Source of the DNA: Barthelona sp. PAP020
Taxonomy: Eukaryota
Direction: 5' to 3'
Assembly (NCBI GenBank): GCA_040182905.1
Contig: JARQWU010000027.1
Span: 1-64,000 of the forward strand
DNA length: 64,000 nucleotides
Part shown: positions 21,001 to 31,700 of the stretch, piece by piece
How positions within the stretch are numbered: the stretch's first letter is position 1
How the letters are laid out: each line of letters begins with the position of its first letter
Notes under the pieces: generated by a model
What the model was told of the DNA's origin: nothing
Seen by the model: the letters and a program-made list of their open reading frames with translations, nothing else
The model's database searches: none
Position numbers and translations under genes: made by a program

Positions 21001-24000
21001 AAATTGTAGATGTAATTGAATCAATCTCTAACGTTCTATCCAATCAGTTTAGAGTTCATGTTCCCTATATTATTCCTCATTTTATGGATGCTGTTAAAAA
21101 AGATCAAACTCCTGGTAAAATATTAGTCAGAAGAATTGTTCAAAGTTTCAGAAAACTTTCTCATTGTTTAAGTGAGTACTTGTTCTTAATCATTCCTTTG
21201 TTGATTCAATTGATTGAGAATTCGGAAATTCCTAACGATGTCAAGGGATATTCTATTGATACCATCAGTCATTTGGCATTGAAGGTAGATTTGAGTCCTT
21301 ATGTTTCTGCAATCATTTTACCATTGATAAGAATTATAGAGAATTCAAATTCGATTTCAAACACTGATTTTGGCACTGCCTCTGATGTAAATAACAGTGG
21401 AGATGAGGCTTTTGTTTTGCAGAAAGCTCTTGAAGCATTTCAAGTGTTAAACATGGTGTTGAAACACAAATTGTCCATATTTTCAAGAAACCTTCATTTA
21501 CTGTTGAAATCTCACAACAAAAACCTTGATTCACCTGAATTTTCACAATTAATTACAGATATCGTCACTGGAACGAGTAATAATAATTTTCATTTTGAAG
21601 ACATAAACCAAATTCCTCAAACACCAAGACAATATCCTGAAAGGTTTGCTTTTGAACCTCGCTTGATGTTAGCTGCTTTAGATTTTCCCATCACATCTCA
21701 AAATGACTGGAATTCCTGGTTAAGAATGATGATAAATACATTATTGAAATATAACCCTTCACCAGCGTTAAGAGCAACAGCGACATTGGCGGAAGTTTAT
21801 GAACCATTAGCTTTGCGTTTATTTAATGCTGCATTTGCTAGTGTTTGGGCTAGTTTATCCAACACATATCAGGATGAATTTATTCGCATTATAAATAATG
21901 CATTAAATTCAAAATCAATTCCCAGACACATATTACAGACTCTGTTAAATTTAGCAGAATTTATGGAGCATAAAAACAACGTTCTACCGTTGGATATACG
22001 TGTATTAGGTAATTTATCTTATAAATGTAATTTATATGCAAAAGCTCTTCATTACAAGGAGATTGAGTTCGAAACCAACCCGTATCTTAACTTTGAGGAA
22101 TTGATTAACATCAACAATCGGTTGAGATTGAATGACGCCACCATTGGTATTTTATTGTATGTACAAAAGATCTGGAATAATGAAAGAAATGGCAATTTGA
22201 CCTTGAATGAGGTTTGGTATGAGAAGTTGGATCGTCATGACATTGCACTCTCATTGTATGAAGCAGAAAGTGAATCTACTTTCAAAACGTTAGTTGGTAA
22301 GGCCAGATGTATGAATCGGTTAGGTAAGTGGAAAGAACAAGTGAATTTAGTCAAAGACAGCTGGGAAAATTTAGATGAGAAATCAAAGCAGTCTTTGGCT
22401 GGTAGCGTGTGTGATTCATGTTTCAAGCTAAAAGATTGGGAAAATTTGAACAAATTTTCTCAAGTTTTTGACCAAAATAGCATTGAAGGAAAGTTTTATT
22501 CTGCTTTGGAAGCTATTGAAAATGATAAATACGAAAAGGGTTTGCTTTGCATAAAAGAATGTCGTGAGATATTAAGCCATCAAATTTCTTCGTTGGCAAG
22601 AGAATCGTATCATCGTTGTTATGATAGTATTGTCAGTTTGCAACAACTATGTGAATTGGAAGAAATCATTCAGTTGAAGGAAAACCCTTCTGTAGAAAAT
22701 GAAAAGCATTTCTTTAAATTGTGGACCAGAAGATTTAAAGGAACCGCCAGAGATCCTAATGTGAGGTTGAATCTTCTTGCGATTCGAAACATTGCCATTC
22801 CCATTGAGGATGATTTGAACATAAGATTACAGTATGTTCGATTATGTGAAAAGAAAAAATCTTTCTCCTTGGCTGAAGCTATCTTGAGACAGTTGATGGA
22901 GAGGCTTCCTGATCATCCTGAGGTTGAATTTGCCTGGTTGACCCATCGTTGGAAAGTTGAAGATCTGGCCAACAAGGGCATTATTTGTGAAGATTTGGAG
23001 AAGTTTGTGCGTTCAATTGAAAATTCATTCCTAATACAGGATGATGACAATTTCAACCAAATATCCATGAATGTGAACAGTGAGCCACATCAAATTCAAG
23101 CTCATGATAAACTCAGATCCCGTGCTCATTTGACATTGGGAAAATGGAAATTGTTCTTGAAGAATGAAGAGATGAGTGATATCATAATCAGCAATGCCTT
23201 GTTACAATTCCGACAGGCTATTAAATTGAACGAACAAAATTATTCTGCTCACCATGAATTGGGCATTTTGTTGTACAACATGTCTCAGAGGAACATTGAT
23301 TCAGAACAAAAAAAAGTCTTGATACCTGAGGCTATGGAATCATTTATTGAGGCTATCGTTCTCAATGGTTCTCAACAGTTGCAGGATCTTTTGCGTTTAT
23401 TACAATTGTGGTTTAACTTTGGAAACCATAGGGAGTTATCTGACCAATTGAGGGATATTTGTACATGGGGTTTTGATAGAATCGCCTCCAAAGTTTGGTT
23501 GCAAGTATTGCCTCAGATGATTGCCAGATTATCTTCAGCCGAACATGACGTTTTGATTCAATTAGAGGATCGTTTGAAAAAAATAGGCACACTTCATCCA
23601 CAATCGTTGATTTATCCATTGACTGTTGCTGCATCAGAAGGCCAACCAATAGCTGCGAGAGTTTTGAGCTCAATGAAGGAACATTCTCCAAAATTGGTTT
23701 CTGATGGTAACATTGTAATTCATGAGTTAATTCGTATTGCTATTCTGTGGTCAGAACAATGGGTTCATGTTTTGGATGAAGCTGGACATTATTTTATCAA
23801 TCAACGTGATTATTTAGGTATGGTCAATGTAATTCAACCCTTGCATGATCTGATCAATAACGGACCCGAAACTCCCAATGAAAATTCATTTTATCAACAA
23901 TACGCTGGCATGTTGAAAGATGCAGGGGATAATCTACAAAATTTCATGGAAACAAGAAATACTTCTGTTCTGCAACAAGCATGGGACAAATATTGTCAAA

Positions 24001-25247
24001 TATATGATCGATTGGCAAGAAACCCCCCTTCTGGTGTGTTAAATTTGGCTCATGTCTCTCCTAAATTATTGAAATTTAACACCAATGCCTTATGCATTCC
24101 TACTTTTTCTACTTATGCTGGAAAATTACCCTTCATCAGAGGTTTTGCCACGAATTTAAACATTCTTTCTTCAAAAAGACATCCTCGAAAGTTGATTATC
24201 AAAGGAAGTGATGGACAGTCCTACCAGTATCTGCTTAAAGCTCATGAAGATTTGCGACAAGATGAACGAGCCATGCAATTCCTTGACTTTGTCAATAAGC
24301 TATGTGAGCAAGATGTTTCCAATCGATTCCACAATGGTATTGAGGCAGTTCGAAGATATTCTGCCACACCAATATCTAATAATGTTGGTTTAGTAGGTTG
24401 GGTTCCTTCTTCAAACACATTATCAGATATTATTCGCAGTTACCGAACCACAGTACATATGGGCGATGATCAAGAGCGAAACATTATTCGTACCAGATGC
24501 AAGACCTATGATAATTTGACATTAGTGCAAAAAGCTGAAGTGTTCCATTATGTCAACAGTGTAACCACTGGAAATGATTTAGCGAGAAACATGTGGTTGA
24601 AGTCTCCTTCGTCTGAAGTTTGGTTGGAACACAGAACAACGTATTCAAGGTCTTTGGCAATCACTTCTATTGTAGGATATATTTTAGGGTTGGGAGATCG
24701 TCATCCTGCCAATTTGATGTTAGATAAGCATACAGGACAGATATTCCATTGTGATTATGGTGATTGCTTTGAGGTTGCAATGTTGCGTTCCCGTTATCCA
24801 GAAAAAGTACCATTTAGGCTTACTAGAATGTTAATTCAAGCATTAGAAGTGAGTGGTATTGAAGGAACGTTCCGTTGTACAGGTGAAATGGTCCTTGGTT
24901 TAATAAGAGAGGAAAGGGAAACAATGATGGCTTTGTTGGAAACATTCATTTATGATCCTTTAATCAACTGGAGGTTTGTCCAAACAGATGATGATATGCG
25001 TGAAATGTTTGAACAAGACCATGGATACAATTCCTTGAGGCTAAGCGTATTTTCACATTACAACGATGCTGATTTCAATGCTAAAGCCTTGGAAGCTATC
25101 AAAAGAATTGATCAAAAGTTGTCAGGCAAAGATTTCCCACATTATGGTACAGTGGACGTGCCAATGCAATTTGAACATCTGATTACTGAAGCAACTGATC
25201 CAGAAAATCTTTGTCAGATGTATTCTGGTTGGTGTGCCTGGTGGTGA
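18036..25247 (+). CDS. TOR: Target of rapamycin kinase
   Basis: HEAT repeats, FAT (LLNLAEFMEH, YAKALHYKE), FRB, kinase (HEDLRQDER, GDRHPAN, DYGDCFE) and FATC (LCQMYSGWCAWW). Confidence 0.97.
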   Translation: MIITFNLVTNTEPQTLDNFAKEFRKYVENTARDLKGEDNSTFLHDIYEFIRSKLHSNNLLDKYSGLMAIDSLIESPCGESSSKIPRFFTFLRPLLLSSNDFNFTLKLSKVLGHLASSGETIVSEYLDHEITRSLEVLETDMRNEMAIVGAISILRELSYSSPAVFCGFFDRFIDSIWIGIQDSREYIRRLAVDALCTSLNLLTSRDPIYQQQKLFDIYNVMITLLESNNSVRIHGGLMVVDALLKHNSEFLIPRFQGLLTQIIRFLDSRDVLIRSQSIILIGDFSFHLNEMMIEFLETIIKLVLIKDVKYRLLIIQALSKMCLGIKSNMIKYLDGILEMFNKTFVDLQKKKINIDEEELLLSLKDVVTGMSYASNNREKLFHKFVSMAFQFPLSEALSLLLLEIVKLSPNKLPDVQTKLLNQISLVLSNSLYVNESSSSFEIEFQKYNGNFNSIFSTVTQKPEQMANKKNFSFVEILNALRCFYTFNFQNFNLASFIRRAVSSYFDSVDEKIRLQSALVAIKFLSPQITSDNKGSSSRRNSNDKLVMNAPSSGKYRSTMLFSLIMHLTIMAVSDPSQEVRLAIISSLDERYDEFMIQAEVLETLLLGLKDEIFEIRLRTIELLGRLSLKNPAMIVSTLRQVLIQLLMQLSYAIDSRVKEESCKLISTIIRSCNHLIKPYTYNLIGNLQPKLKLEDSQVITAVLEMISELISVSDFSSMQNSKFKLFKTVLPIIYDQTSVPKKSAAFKLLAKLVQQGGFPIKPYNEEPTLLKTLISELGSEQSTALKIDISNLIGVIGALDPFQYKLLGTSKFKYGKEEDEEDDDEDDEIFFEIDELENEKDRIFGKENLTENEKANDVVELSAPENIEEETGEIDLDPMSPLFYCGLVISEMIAILNDTSLQHYYQLAHHCAIYIFNFLVDQDNVFLPHFLPVLLKQIVINDMHQREFLFAQLVKLIDAVGPRISPFVAQICDLSMNYWSYQNPSISIKIVDVIESISNVLSNQFRVHVPYIIPHFMDAVKKDQTPGKILVRRIVQSFRKLSHCLSEYLFLIIPLLIQLIENSEIPNDVKGYSIDTISHLALKVDLSPYVSAIILPLIRIIENSNSISNTDFGTASDVNNSGDEAFVLQKALEAFQVLNMVLKHKLSIFSRNLHLLLKSHNKNLDSPEFSQLITDIVTGTSNNNFHFEDINQIPQTPRQYPERFAFEPRLMLAALDFPITSQNDWNSWLRMMINTLLKYNPSPALRATATLAEVYEPLALRLFNAAFASVWASLSNTYQDEFIRIINNALNSKSIPRHILQTLLNLAEFMEHKNNVLPLDIRVLGNLSYKCNLYAKALHYKEIEFETNPYLNFEELININNRLRLNDATIGILLYVQKIWNNERNGNLTLNEVWYEKLDRHDIALSLYEAESESTFKTLVGKARCMNRLGKWKEQVNLVKDSWENLDEKSKQSLAGSVCDSCFKLKDWENLNKFSQVFDQNSIEGKFYSALEAIENDKYEKGLLCIKECREILSHQISSLARESYHRCYDSIVSLQQLCELEEIIQLKENPSVENEKHFFKLWTRRFKGTARDPNVRLNLLAIRNIAIPIEDDLNIRLQYVRLCEKKKSFSLAEAILRQLMERLPDHPEVEFAWLTHRWKVEDLANKGIICEDLEKFVRSIENSFLIQDDDNFNQISMNVNSEPHQIQAHDKLRSRAHLTLGKWKLFLKNEEMSDIIISNALLQFRQAIKLNEQNYSAHHELGILLYNMSQRNIDSEQKKVLIPEAMESFIEAIVLNGSQQLQDLLRLLQLWFNFGNHRELSDQLRDICTWGFDRIASKVWLQVLPQMIARLSSAEHDVLIQLEDRLKKIGTLHPQSLIYPLTVAASEGQPIAARVLSSMKEHSPKLVSDGNIVIHELIRIAILWSEQWVHVLDEAGHYFINQRDYLGMVNVIQPLHDLINNGPETPNENSFYQQYAGMLKDAGDNLQNFMETRNTSVLQQAWDKYCQIYDRLARNPPSGVLNLAHVSPKLLKFNTNALCIPTFSTYAGKLPFIRGFATNLNILSSKRHPRKLIIKGSDGQSYQYLLKAHEDLRQDERAMQFLDFVNKLCEQDVSNRFHNGIEAVRRYSATPISNNVGLVGWVPSSNTLSDIIRSYRTTVHMGDDQERNIIRTRCKTYDNLTLVQKAEVFHYVNSVTTGNDLARNMWLKSPSSEVWLEHRTTYSRSLAITSIVGYILGLGDRHPANLMLDKHTGQIFHCDYGDCFEVAMLRSRYPEKVPFRLTRMLIQALEVSGIEGTFRCTGEMVLGLIREERETMMALLETFIYDPLINWRFVQTDDDMREMFEQDHGYNSLRLSVFSHYNDADFNAKALEAIKRIDQKLSGKDFPHYGTVDVPMQFEHLITEATDPENLCQMYSGWCAWW

Positions 25248-25333
25248 TTGATTTCTGATTTGACAATTGAAAATTTGCCCTGTGTCAAATTTATCACATG
25301 TGAAAGAAAATATTTAACTAGTTTGTAAATTTA

Positions 25334-25442
25334 TTTTATTTTTCTTCTTGTACGAACCTTTTCCAGAACTTACCCAAATCAGAGACTGGGAATCTCAGTT
25401 TATTGATAAACAATAAACCTTAATCTTTATTCTTTTCGGGGG
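25334..25442 (+). repeat. 109-bp dispersed noncoding module, copy A (PSE-like motif at 25369-25387)
   Basis: Ungapped match to 63738-63846 with 9 substitutions, counted by eye. Confidence 0.9.
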
Positions 25443-25741
25443 ATCCAGCGTTCCTGAAAGGAGCCTCTCTTTTTTGAGACCTACTCTTTCATAGGCTTTA
25501 GGAAAGCTACGCCCTATGCGGGGTGTGAAATATTGCATTACTAATTGCTCAAAAGAGCTTAACGCTCAGATATTTTTGAAAATTTATCCTAATTGTGCAA
25601 GTTTTCATACATTCACCGTGGCAGGTCAAAAATTTGGGGTAGGTTAAGGAAAAGTTCCGTACCTCGAGGTAAAAAGAAGGATCGGAAAATTTCGATTCAG
25701 CAAAAAATGATAGGCTTGTCAACAACACTCTTTTTTTTTTT
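25438..25741 (+). ncRNA. Candidate structured ncRNA, unidentified
   Basis: GC-enriched intergenic stretch with serial hairpins, e.g. GGGGG/CTCTC plus GTTCCT/AGGAGC, GAGC/GCTC and TACC/GGTA. G-U pairs favour the + strand. It ends in a T11 tract. Confidence 0.4.
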
Positions 25742-25840
25742 GAAGAAATTAGTAAAAAAAAAACAAATTGTAGATACACCATCCACAAAAAACAAAAAAA
25801 AAAACTGATAGATAGTTTAAAAATATTTACAAAAGTTTGT

Positions 25841-26716
25841 TTATGGTTCAATAATATAAATTTGTTCATATGTACCGGTAGGAGTGGGTTTGTTGGTCAT
25901 TGAAAAAAAGCTCTTGTCACGCCAAGAATTTCCGTTGGTTCGATCTCCAGTTTGTCTGGCTATATCCAAAAAGAATTCACCCAAAGCATAGTTCAACTCA
26001 ATAGTCTTCTTTGAATGATCAAGATTTGCAGGATGGTACTCAAATGCAGGCTTTTCGGGATGAAATTGAGTTGCAAAGATGGGATATTGATGGTGCTCCA
26101 AAATTGCAACCGTTCCATGAACTTGTGCCGCCAATTTAAAATTGTCTTTTAAAGTGCTTTTATAAAAATTATTTACAGTAACACCTTTGGAATGATGATG
26201 ATAGTAATAGGGCCCTGTATAATCTTCATGAGTTGACAAATGTTTAATTATTTGAGAAGTAGAATCAACTTCATCAAGACCTTTCATAACATCGCTCCAA
26301 TTATCAACATAAGAAATTACTTCTTCGGCGGAAAAATATTCGGCAATAGCTTCAAATCCCAAACATGTGCCCCAAAGAGGGGTAATTCTTCCATATTCAT
26401 TTAAAGAAAGAACTTTAGCTGTTACATATAGTTGTTGTAAGTAATATCTTGAATGTGGAACGTCTGGCCAGCCACCAACTAAAAGAACTCCATTTGAATT
26501 AACAATAATTCTATCTATTTCACTTTGAGTAGCATTCCATGGAATAGGAACGGCAACACCGCCAGCAGATTCAATCCATTTCACATATGAAGCAGCTACA
26601 TATTGAGTGTCATAATTGTGGTTTGGCATCGATAATATTGCAATAATTACTGGTGTTCCACTGCAAAACACCAATGATAAAACCAAGATAAATGGAATTA
26701 AGCGTAAAAAATTCAT
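25841..26716 (-). CDS. GGH: Gamma-glutamyl hydrolase (peptidase C26), secreted or lysosomal
   Basis: Signal peptide; YVAASYVKWIESAG, WGTCLGFE (catalytic Cys) and TQFHPEK. Confidence 0.92.
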   Translation of the reverse strand: MNFLRLIPFILVLSLVFCSGTPVIIAILSMPNHNYDTQYVAASYVKWIESAGGVAVPIPWNATQSEIDRIIVNSNGVLLVGGWPDVPHSRYYLQQLYVTAKVLSLNEYGRITPLWGTCLGFEAIAEYFSAEEVISYVDNWSDVMKGLDEVDSTSQIIKHLSTHEDYTGPYYYHHHSKGVTVNNFYKSTLKDNFKLAAQVHGTVAILEHHQYPIFATQFHPEKPAFEYHPANLDHSKKTIELNYALGEFFLDIARQTGDRTNGNSWRDKSFFSMTNKPTPTGTYEQIYIIEP

Positions 26717-26968
26717 TTACCTTTGTGATTTTTAACACAGTTTTCTCAATTTCCCAATGTTTTTTCCTTCTTATCTGTTCATTGTTGAACTTTCAGCCAT
26801 TGATCACTTAGTGATTTGTAAAAAACAACATTATAATTAAGAAAAGATTCAAACCTACATTTTCAAAAATAAACAACTGCCAAACTTTTATTAAAATGAT
26901 TTGTTTCAAAAAGAACCCAACATAAATAAAGTATTTAGAAAAAAGTTTTTGTTTATGTTTTTTTCCAA

Positions 26969-27721
26969 ATGAGCGATTCACAATCTCCATCTGAAAACAC
27001 ATTGAAAAAATTATACACTACATTTGATAAGTATCAAACGGTTTTAAATGGTTTTGAAAGAAATTCCAAGAAGGGTTTAGAAGAGAAATTAAAAAAACTC
27101 AATGAATCAATAGATAACTTTGATTTTCAAGGACAAAAGTCTTTAAATGAGTTACGTGATGAAGTTTTAAAACTTGGAAGTGCAGTTCAAAGACATTTTG
27201 AAACTTTTAATGAATTACAAAAGGAGGTTGACAGTGTATTTACCGAATTTTCAACAAATATGAATCAGTTACTTGATAAATCTATTTCAAACATGAATAA
27301 TCATGATGAAATTCAACAGTATTTAGATGAACAATCTGAATTCCTATCTGTAAGATTGAAAGAATTTCAAGAAAAATTGTCGGAAAGATACAGAACTATC
27401 AAAATTACTTTGTGGAAAGAAGAAATTCCCAAAACAATTGATACTTTAGATCGTTTTGCCAATGTTGACCAATTGAAGCAAAAGCAATTTGATGAAAAAA
27501 TTTCCAGCATTAGAATTGCTGTTGAGCAAAATATTAATGAATCTCGAATTTCAAGACAAAATTATGATCAAAATACTGCTGATAGGCTTGCTGGTGCTTA
27601 CAAAAATTTCATTGAATCATTAGCTTCTTCACGAAAAGAGAGACGTGAAACTGAAGATAAAATACTGAGCGTGATTGAGGAAACGATAATCAAAATCAAT
27701 GCTTCTTCTGCTTTGGCGTGA
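26969..27721 (+). CDS. SF-assemblin/beta-giardin-like coiled-coil protein
   Basis: 250-aa coiled coil ending in RKERRETEDKILSVIEE, resembling the SF-assemblin C-terminus. Confidence 0.55.
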   Translation: MSDSQSPSENTLKKLYTTFDKYQTVLNGFERNSKKGLEEKLKKLNESIDNFDFQGQKSLNELRDEVLKLGSAVQRHFETFNELQKEVDSVFTEFSTNMNQLLDKSISNMNNHDEIQQYLDEQSEFLSVRLKEFQEKLSERYRTIKITLWKEEIPKTIDTLDRFANVDQLKQKQFDEKISSIRIAVEQNINESRISRQNYDQNTADRLAGAYKNFIESLASSRKERRETEDKILSVIEETIIKINASSALA

Positions 27722-27801
27722 TTTCATTTTTTCATTTTTCAGTTTCTTTCCAAATTTATTGTATAAAATATCAAGTAATTTTGTTTTTTCATTATGTCAA
27801 A

Positions 27802-28175
27802 ATGATCAATACAATTTTTGAAAAAGGGGAAACTGGATACTTGAGCATCGCTGAATGGTATGAAGCGGTAGTTGTTATCAAATTCTTTAATAAGAAGCCA
27901 GTTCAGTTCGATTTACCCAAAGAGTGTGTATCAATAGTCCTTGGCCATCCTTTCATTCATCAAATTCATGGTGTGACCGAAATCAATGGTAAAACTGGGA
28001 TTGTTATGGAATTTTGTGATTCAGATCGTCAAACTATTAATAGACCATGAAGCCAACATTAATCTCAAAACCATACATGGCTCAACACCAACAGATATTT
28101 CCAAAAACTTACGGTCATTCCCAAATTGTAGAGCTTCTAGAACCGTATTACTTTCAGTATAAAACTTTTTTCTAA
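27802..28175 (+). pseudogene. Internally deleted kinase-ankyrin pseudogene
   Basis: A kinase N-lobe (VVIKFF...HPFIHQIHGVTEINGKTGIVMEFCD) is joined out of frame to ankyrin sequence IVKLLIDHEANINLKTIHGSTPTDISK, then a frameshift, then YGHSQIVELLEPY. Confidence 0.75.
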
Positions 28176-28250
28176 CAAACCCATACATCCATAAAACTCA
28201 GCTTCATCAGTAACATAGCAAGCAACATTCAAAATTTTCACATATTTTTG

Positions 28251-28648
28251 TTAATATTCAGCATTTAATTCATGTTTCAACTTTTTAACTGTTGAATCAA
28301 AGTGAGAAATGCTATACCTTTGCTGTGTGAAAACTTTCATTAATTCATCACCTCTACACACTAATTTTATAAAATTGTCAAATGTGTTATTAACAATCAA
28401 GCAGAAAGGCTCCAAAATCATCGTCTCCAAAACATCAGCCATGTAATACTGTTTGAACAAATTAAACGTTCATTTCAATCTAATAATGTCTCAACAGTGG
28501 AAATACTATTTCGATGGCCATATTGGATGCACCCGGGCTATGGACAGCAAAAAGCAAATTTGTTGATGTGGCACAAAAACTTGGCAAGTTGCGACACACA
28601 TTGAGATTGAAAAAAAATAAATACAACTCGTCAAACTCAAACTTCTTT
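28251..28648 (-). mobile_element. Possible decayed hAT transposase C-terminal fragment
   Basis: The minus strand reads LPSFCATSTNLLFAVHSPGASNMAIEIVFPLLRHY then stop, resembling the hAT dimerisation motif P.SSA..ER.FS. It is broken by stops and a frameshift. Confidence 0.3.
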
Positions 28649-28789
28649 CATGCCTTTCACCATGCTAAAATTTGAGATATCTTTGAAAGAAACTACAGCC
28701 CAAAAGACCTTGCCGGAGGTTAAGCCGAACTATTCGAACCTCGGTTCAGCCTGATTCCTTGTTGCAACAAAAAAAAAAAGCTAAACAAT

Positions 28790-31700
28790 TTACCTCGAAA
28801 ATAACTTTCCCAATAACTCCTCCAATTGCTCTTGAACATACGGCTTATTTAACCAACTCACATATTCATCATGAACTTCCAAATGATCTTGATCCCAACC
28901 ACTGAAGAAAATGACAGGAAATGTTGGATTAAGTTCTCGAATTTTCGCTAAAACTTGTTTGCCACTCATACCAGGTAAACTAGAGTCTAAAAACACCATA
29001 TCGTAAACGTCCATATGATCAACAAATTCTTTCAAACCAATTTCACCCGTTTCACACCACTTGTACCCAATATCAAGCTTTAACAAACCCATAGAAAGGA
29101 TATCCGCAATCATTGGCTCATCTTCCACATGCAAAGCCCTTAACCCTTTTCTTAATACAACTGTATTCTTTGGTCCAGATACAATTGGTTTTGAGCTAAT
29201 ACTTGTGCCTTGAATAGGAAAAAAGATTGTCATCATAGTCTTACCTTCATTATTATCAGTCTTTTCCAAAGATGTTACAGTAATAGCACCTTGTAATTCT
29301 TTTACAGTAGAAAAGACAGTTGATAACCCCATACCAGTACCATTTGCAACACCTTTTGTCGTAAAGAAAGGATTGAAGATCTTATCCAAATTCTTAGGTG
29401 AAATACCTTCTCCATTATCTTCACAAGTGACTTGAATGTAATTTCCGACTGTCAAAACTGTTCCGGTCCTTAATTGTGTTTCTTTAGTTACTGAGACATT
29501 TGTTGTTCTAATAATGAAGGTATTTGCACTAGCATCTTTGGAATTTAGCAGGAAATTAGTAAATATTGAACTCAACATGAGTTCATCACCTTTAATATTT
29601 GCTGAATTAGCCTCAAAATTTAACAATACTGAAAATTGTTGACCAAACGTTGCTTTAAAGAATGTTAAATTATTCTCGATATAGTCATGAAGATTCATAT
29701 CTGTAAGTCTGCTGGATTTATCGGGTTTGCTAAATTTTAAAAGTGATCTAGTCAATTCAAAAGCACTTTCTGTTGCTTTTTCAATGGCTTTAAATAATTT
29801 TTTATGCTTAGAAAGATGTGGTGAATATTCTGCAATTTGCTGCAATTTTGCATTGAACTCTTCTTGACATAACAACAAATTTCTGAAATCATGAGCGACA
29901 GAACCAGCTAATTTTCCCATATCTGCCATCTTCTCTGTTTCATATACTTGTTTCTTCAATAAAAACTTCTCACTAACATCTTTCAAAATAATAACAACTC
30001 CAGGTAGATATTTTTTAAACAACAAAGGATGAACACTGAACAGAAACACATCCAAAGTATCTTTTCTTTGAATAAAACAATCAGTACGATAAAAAGGTAG
30101 GTGGTTTTGAATTACATCATTTAAAGCTTCTTTGGGACTTATGCTACCATGAAATTCTGGTGGAATAAAAAAGAAATCAAATATATCATTGATTAACGGT
30201 CCATTTTCACCAGAAGAATTTGGTAACGAAAAATTCATGCTTTGTAACAGTTTTCCAGCAGATGTATTAATTTTGCAAACATAATAATCTTCATTCACCG
30301 TTAAAACCATATCATTAATTCCATTCAATACAGCAGTCAAATAGCGTTCAGATTCTGCTATCGAATTTAACAAATCCATCTTTTCAGTAACATCATGGCA
30401 TACACTCAACTTAGCATAATCGTTATCAATCCATTTGATCAATTTAGTCGATATTTCCAGATATTTATCTCCTAAATGCAAAACAAATGGGTTATTTGGT
30501 GGAATATTTCCATGTACCAATAATCTTTTGATAATATTATTTCTTTGTTGTTCTAACGTGTCTTCACCTACATTTGAAGTAAATCGAGAACTTGAACGCT
30601 TTCCAGATACAGTATTGGCTGAATTCAACGAATTTGAGCTCAATAATGTTCGACTCGATGTAGATCCAGGTAAACTGATCTCGTAATCAGATTGATGGCA
30701 TTCAAAACTCAAAATGTCGTTATAAATTAAATAACTATCAACCTTACTATTAATCAACTGCATATGATCCTTATTCTCATATATGATTTCACCTTTCTGT
30801 ACTAATTGAATCATTGATTCTATCTGACAGAGTAAGATATTGAGTTGTTTCATCTCTACTTTGTGTTCTTGACTTATTTTTCTAATTTTTTCATAATTGA
30901 ACCACCCAATAACAATAAGAACCAATTCAAATGCCAAAACACATACAAAAATGAAAAGAAAGACCAAATCATCTTCAAAAATATCAATTGGCTTGTTGAC
31001 TAAAACTACATCTTTGGAAATACTCCCAGTTTCAATACTGAACTGTGGTATTTTTTGATAATCCAAATATGCGATACTTTTCAATTTGATTCTTTTTCCT
31101 GCTTCAATATTTAGCAATGAATCGATTAAAATACTGGAAATACTGTTCCAATCCATCATAATACCCCCTAAGACTCCATAATTCAATAAAAATAACTTAA
31201 AACTATACATAGGATACCCTAACTTGCTTAAAAATGTTACAACTTGCTGATTAATCAACGTATTATTGTTAACGTCCTTCTTTCCATCAATATAATATAA
31301 TATGGTGGATTTTATATCAAAACTGCTAAATAGCTCATTTTTGGTCTGTGTTAACGATGTGAAATTCATTTTCTCAGTCTCAAGGAAATGATAATTCCTG
31401 CTAGAATCAACAGCAAGTTCAGATCGGAACGTGGTACAATCGCAACAAATAAACACATAATCCTTCACCAATGGATGAAAATTCTCGCTAAAAGTAACCA
31501 TTTGCAGCCAATCAACTTCATAATATATCATTTGCCAATTACTAGGAAAATTAGATAATCCTTGCTCTGAAAATATTATGCCAATAGGTATAATTGACTG
31601 TAGCTTTGTCATATTAGTCTGCAAAAATTTTAAAATGGTACATCCCGATTCTCCTAAACAAAAATATTGATCATCAGATCCAAACTCATAAATTTGCATA

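Noticed and set aside
25368..25374. ACTTACC as a U1 snRNA 5' end
   Set aside because: No U1-70K loop (GATCA) follows, and the two copies diverge downstream. A PSE-like reading fits better.
25621..25631. GCAGGTCAAAA as in SRP RNA helix 8
   Set aside because: The matching 5' CCAGG and GNRA loop are absent, and no Alu domain is visible.
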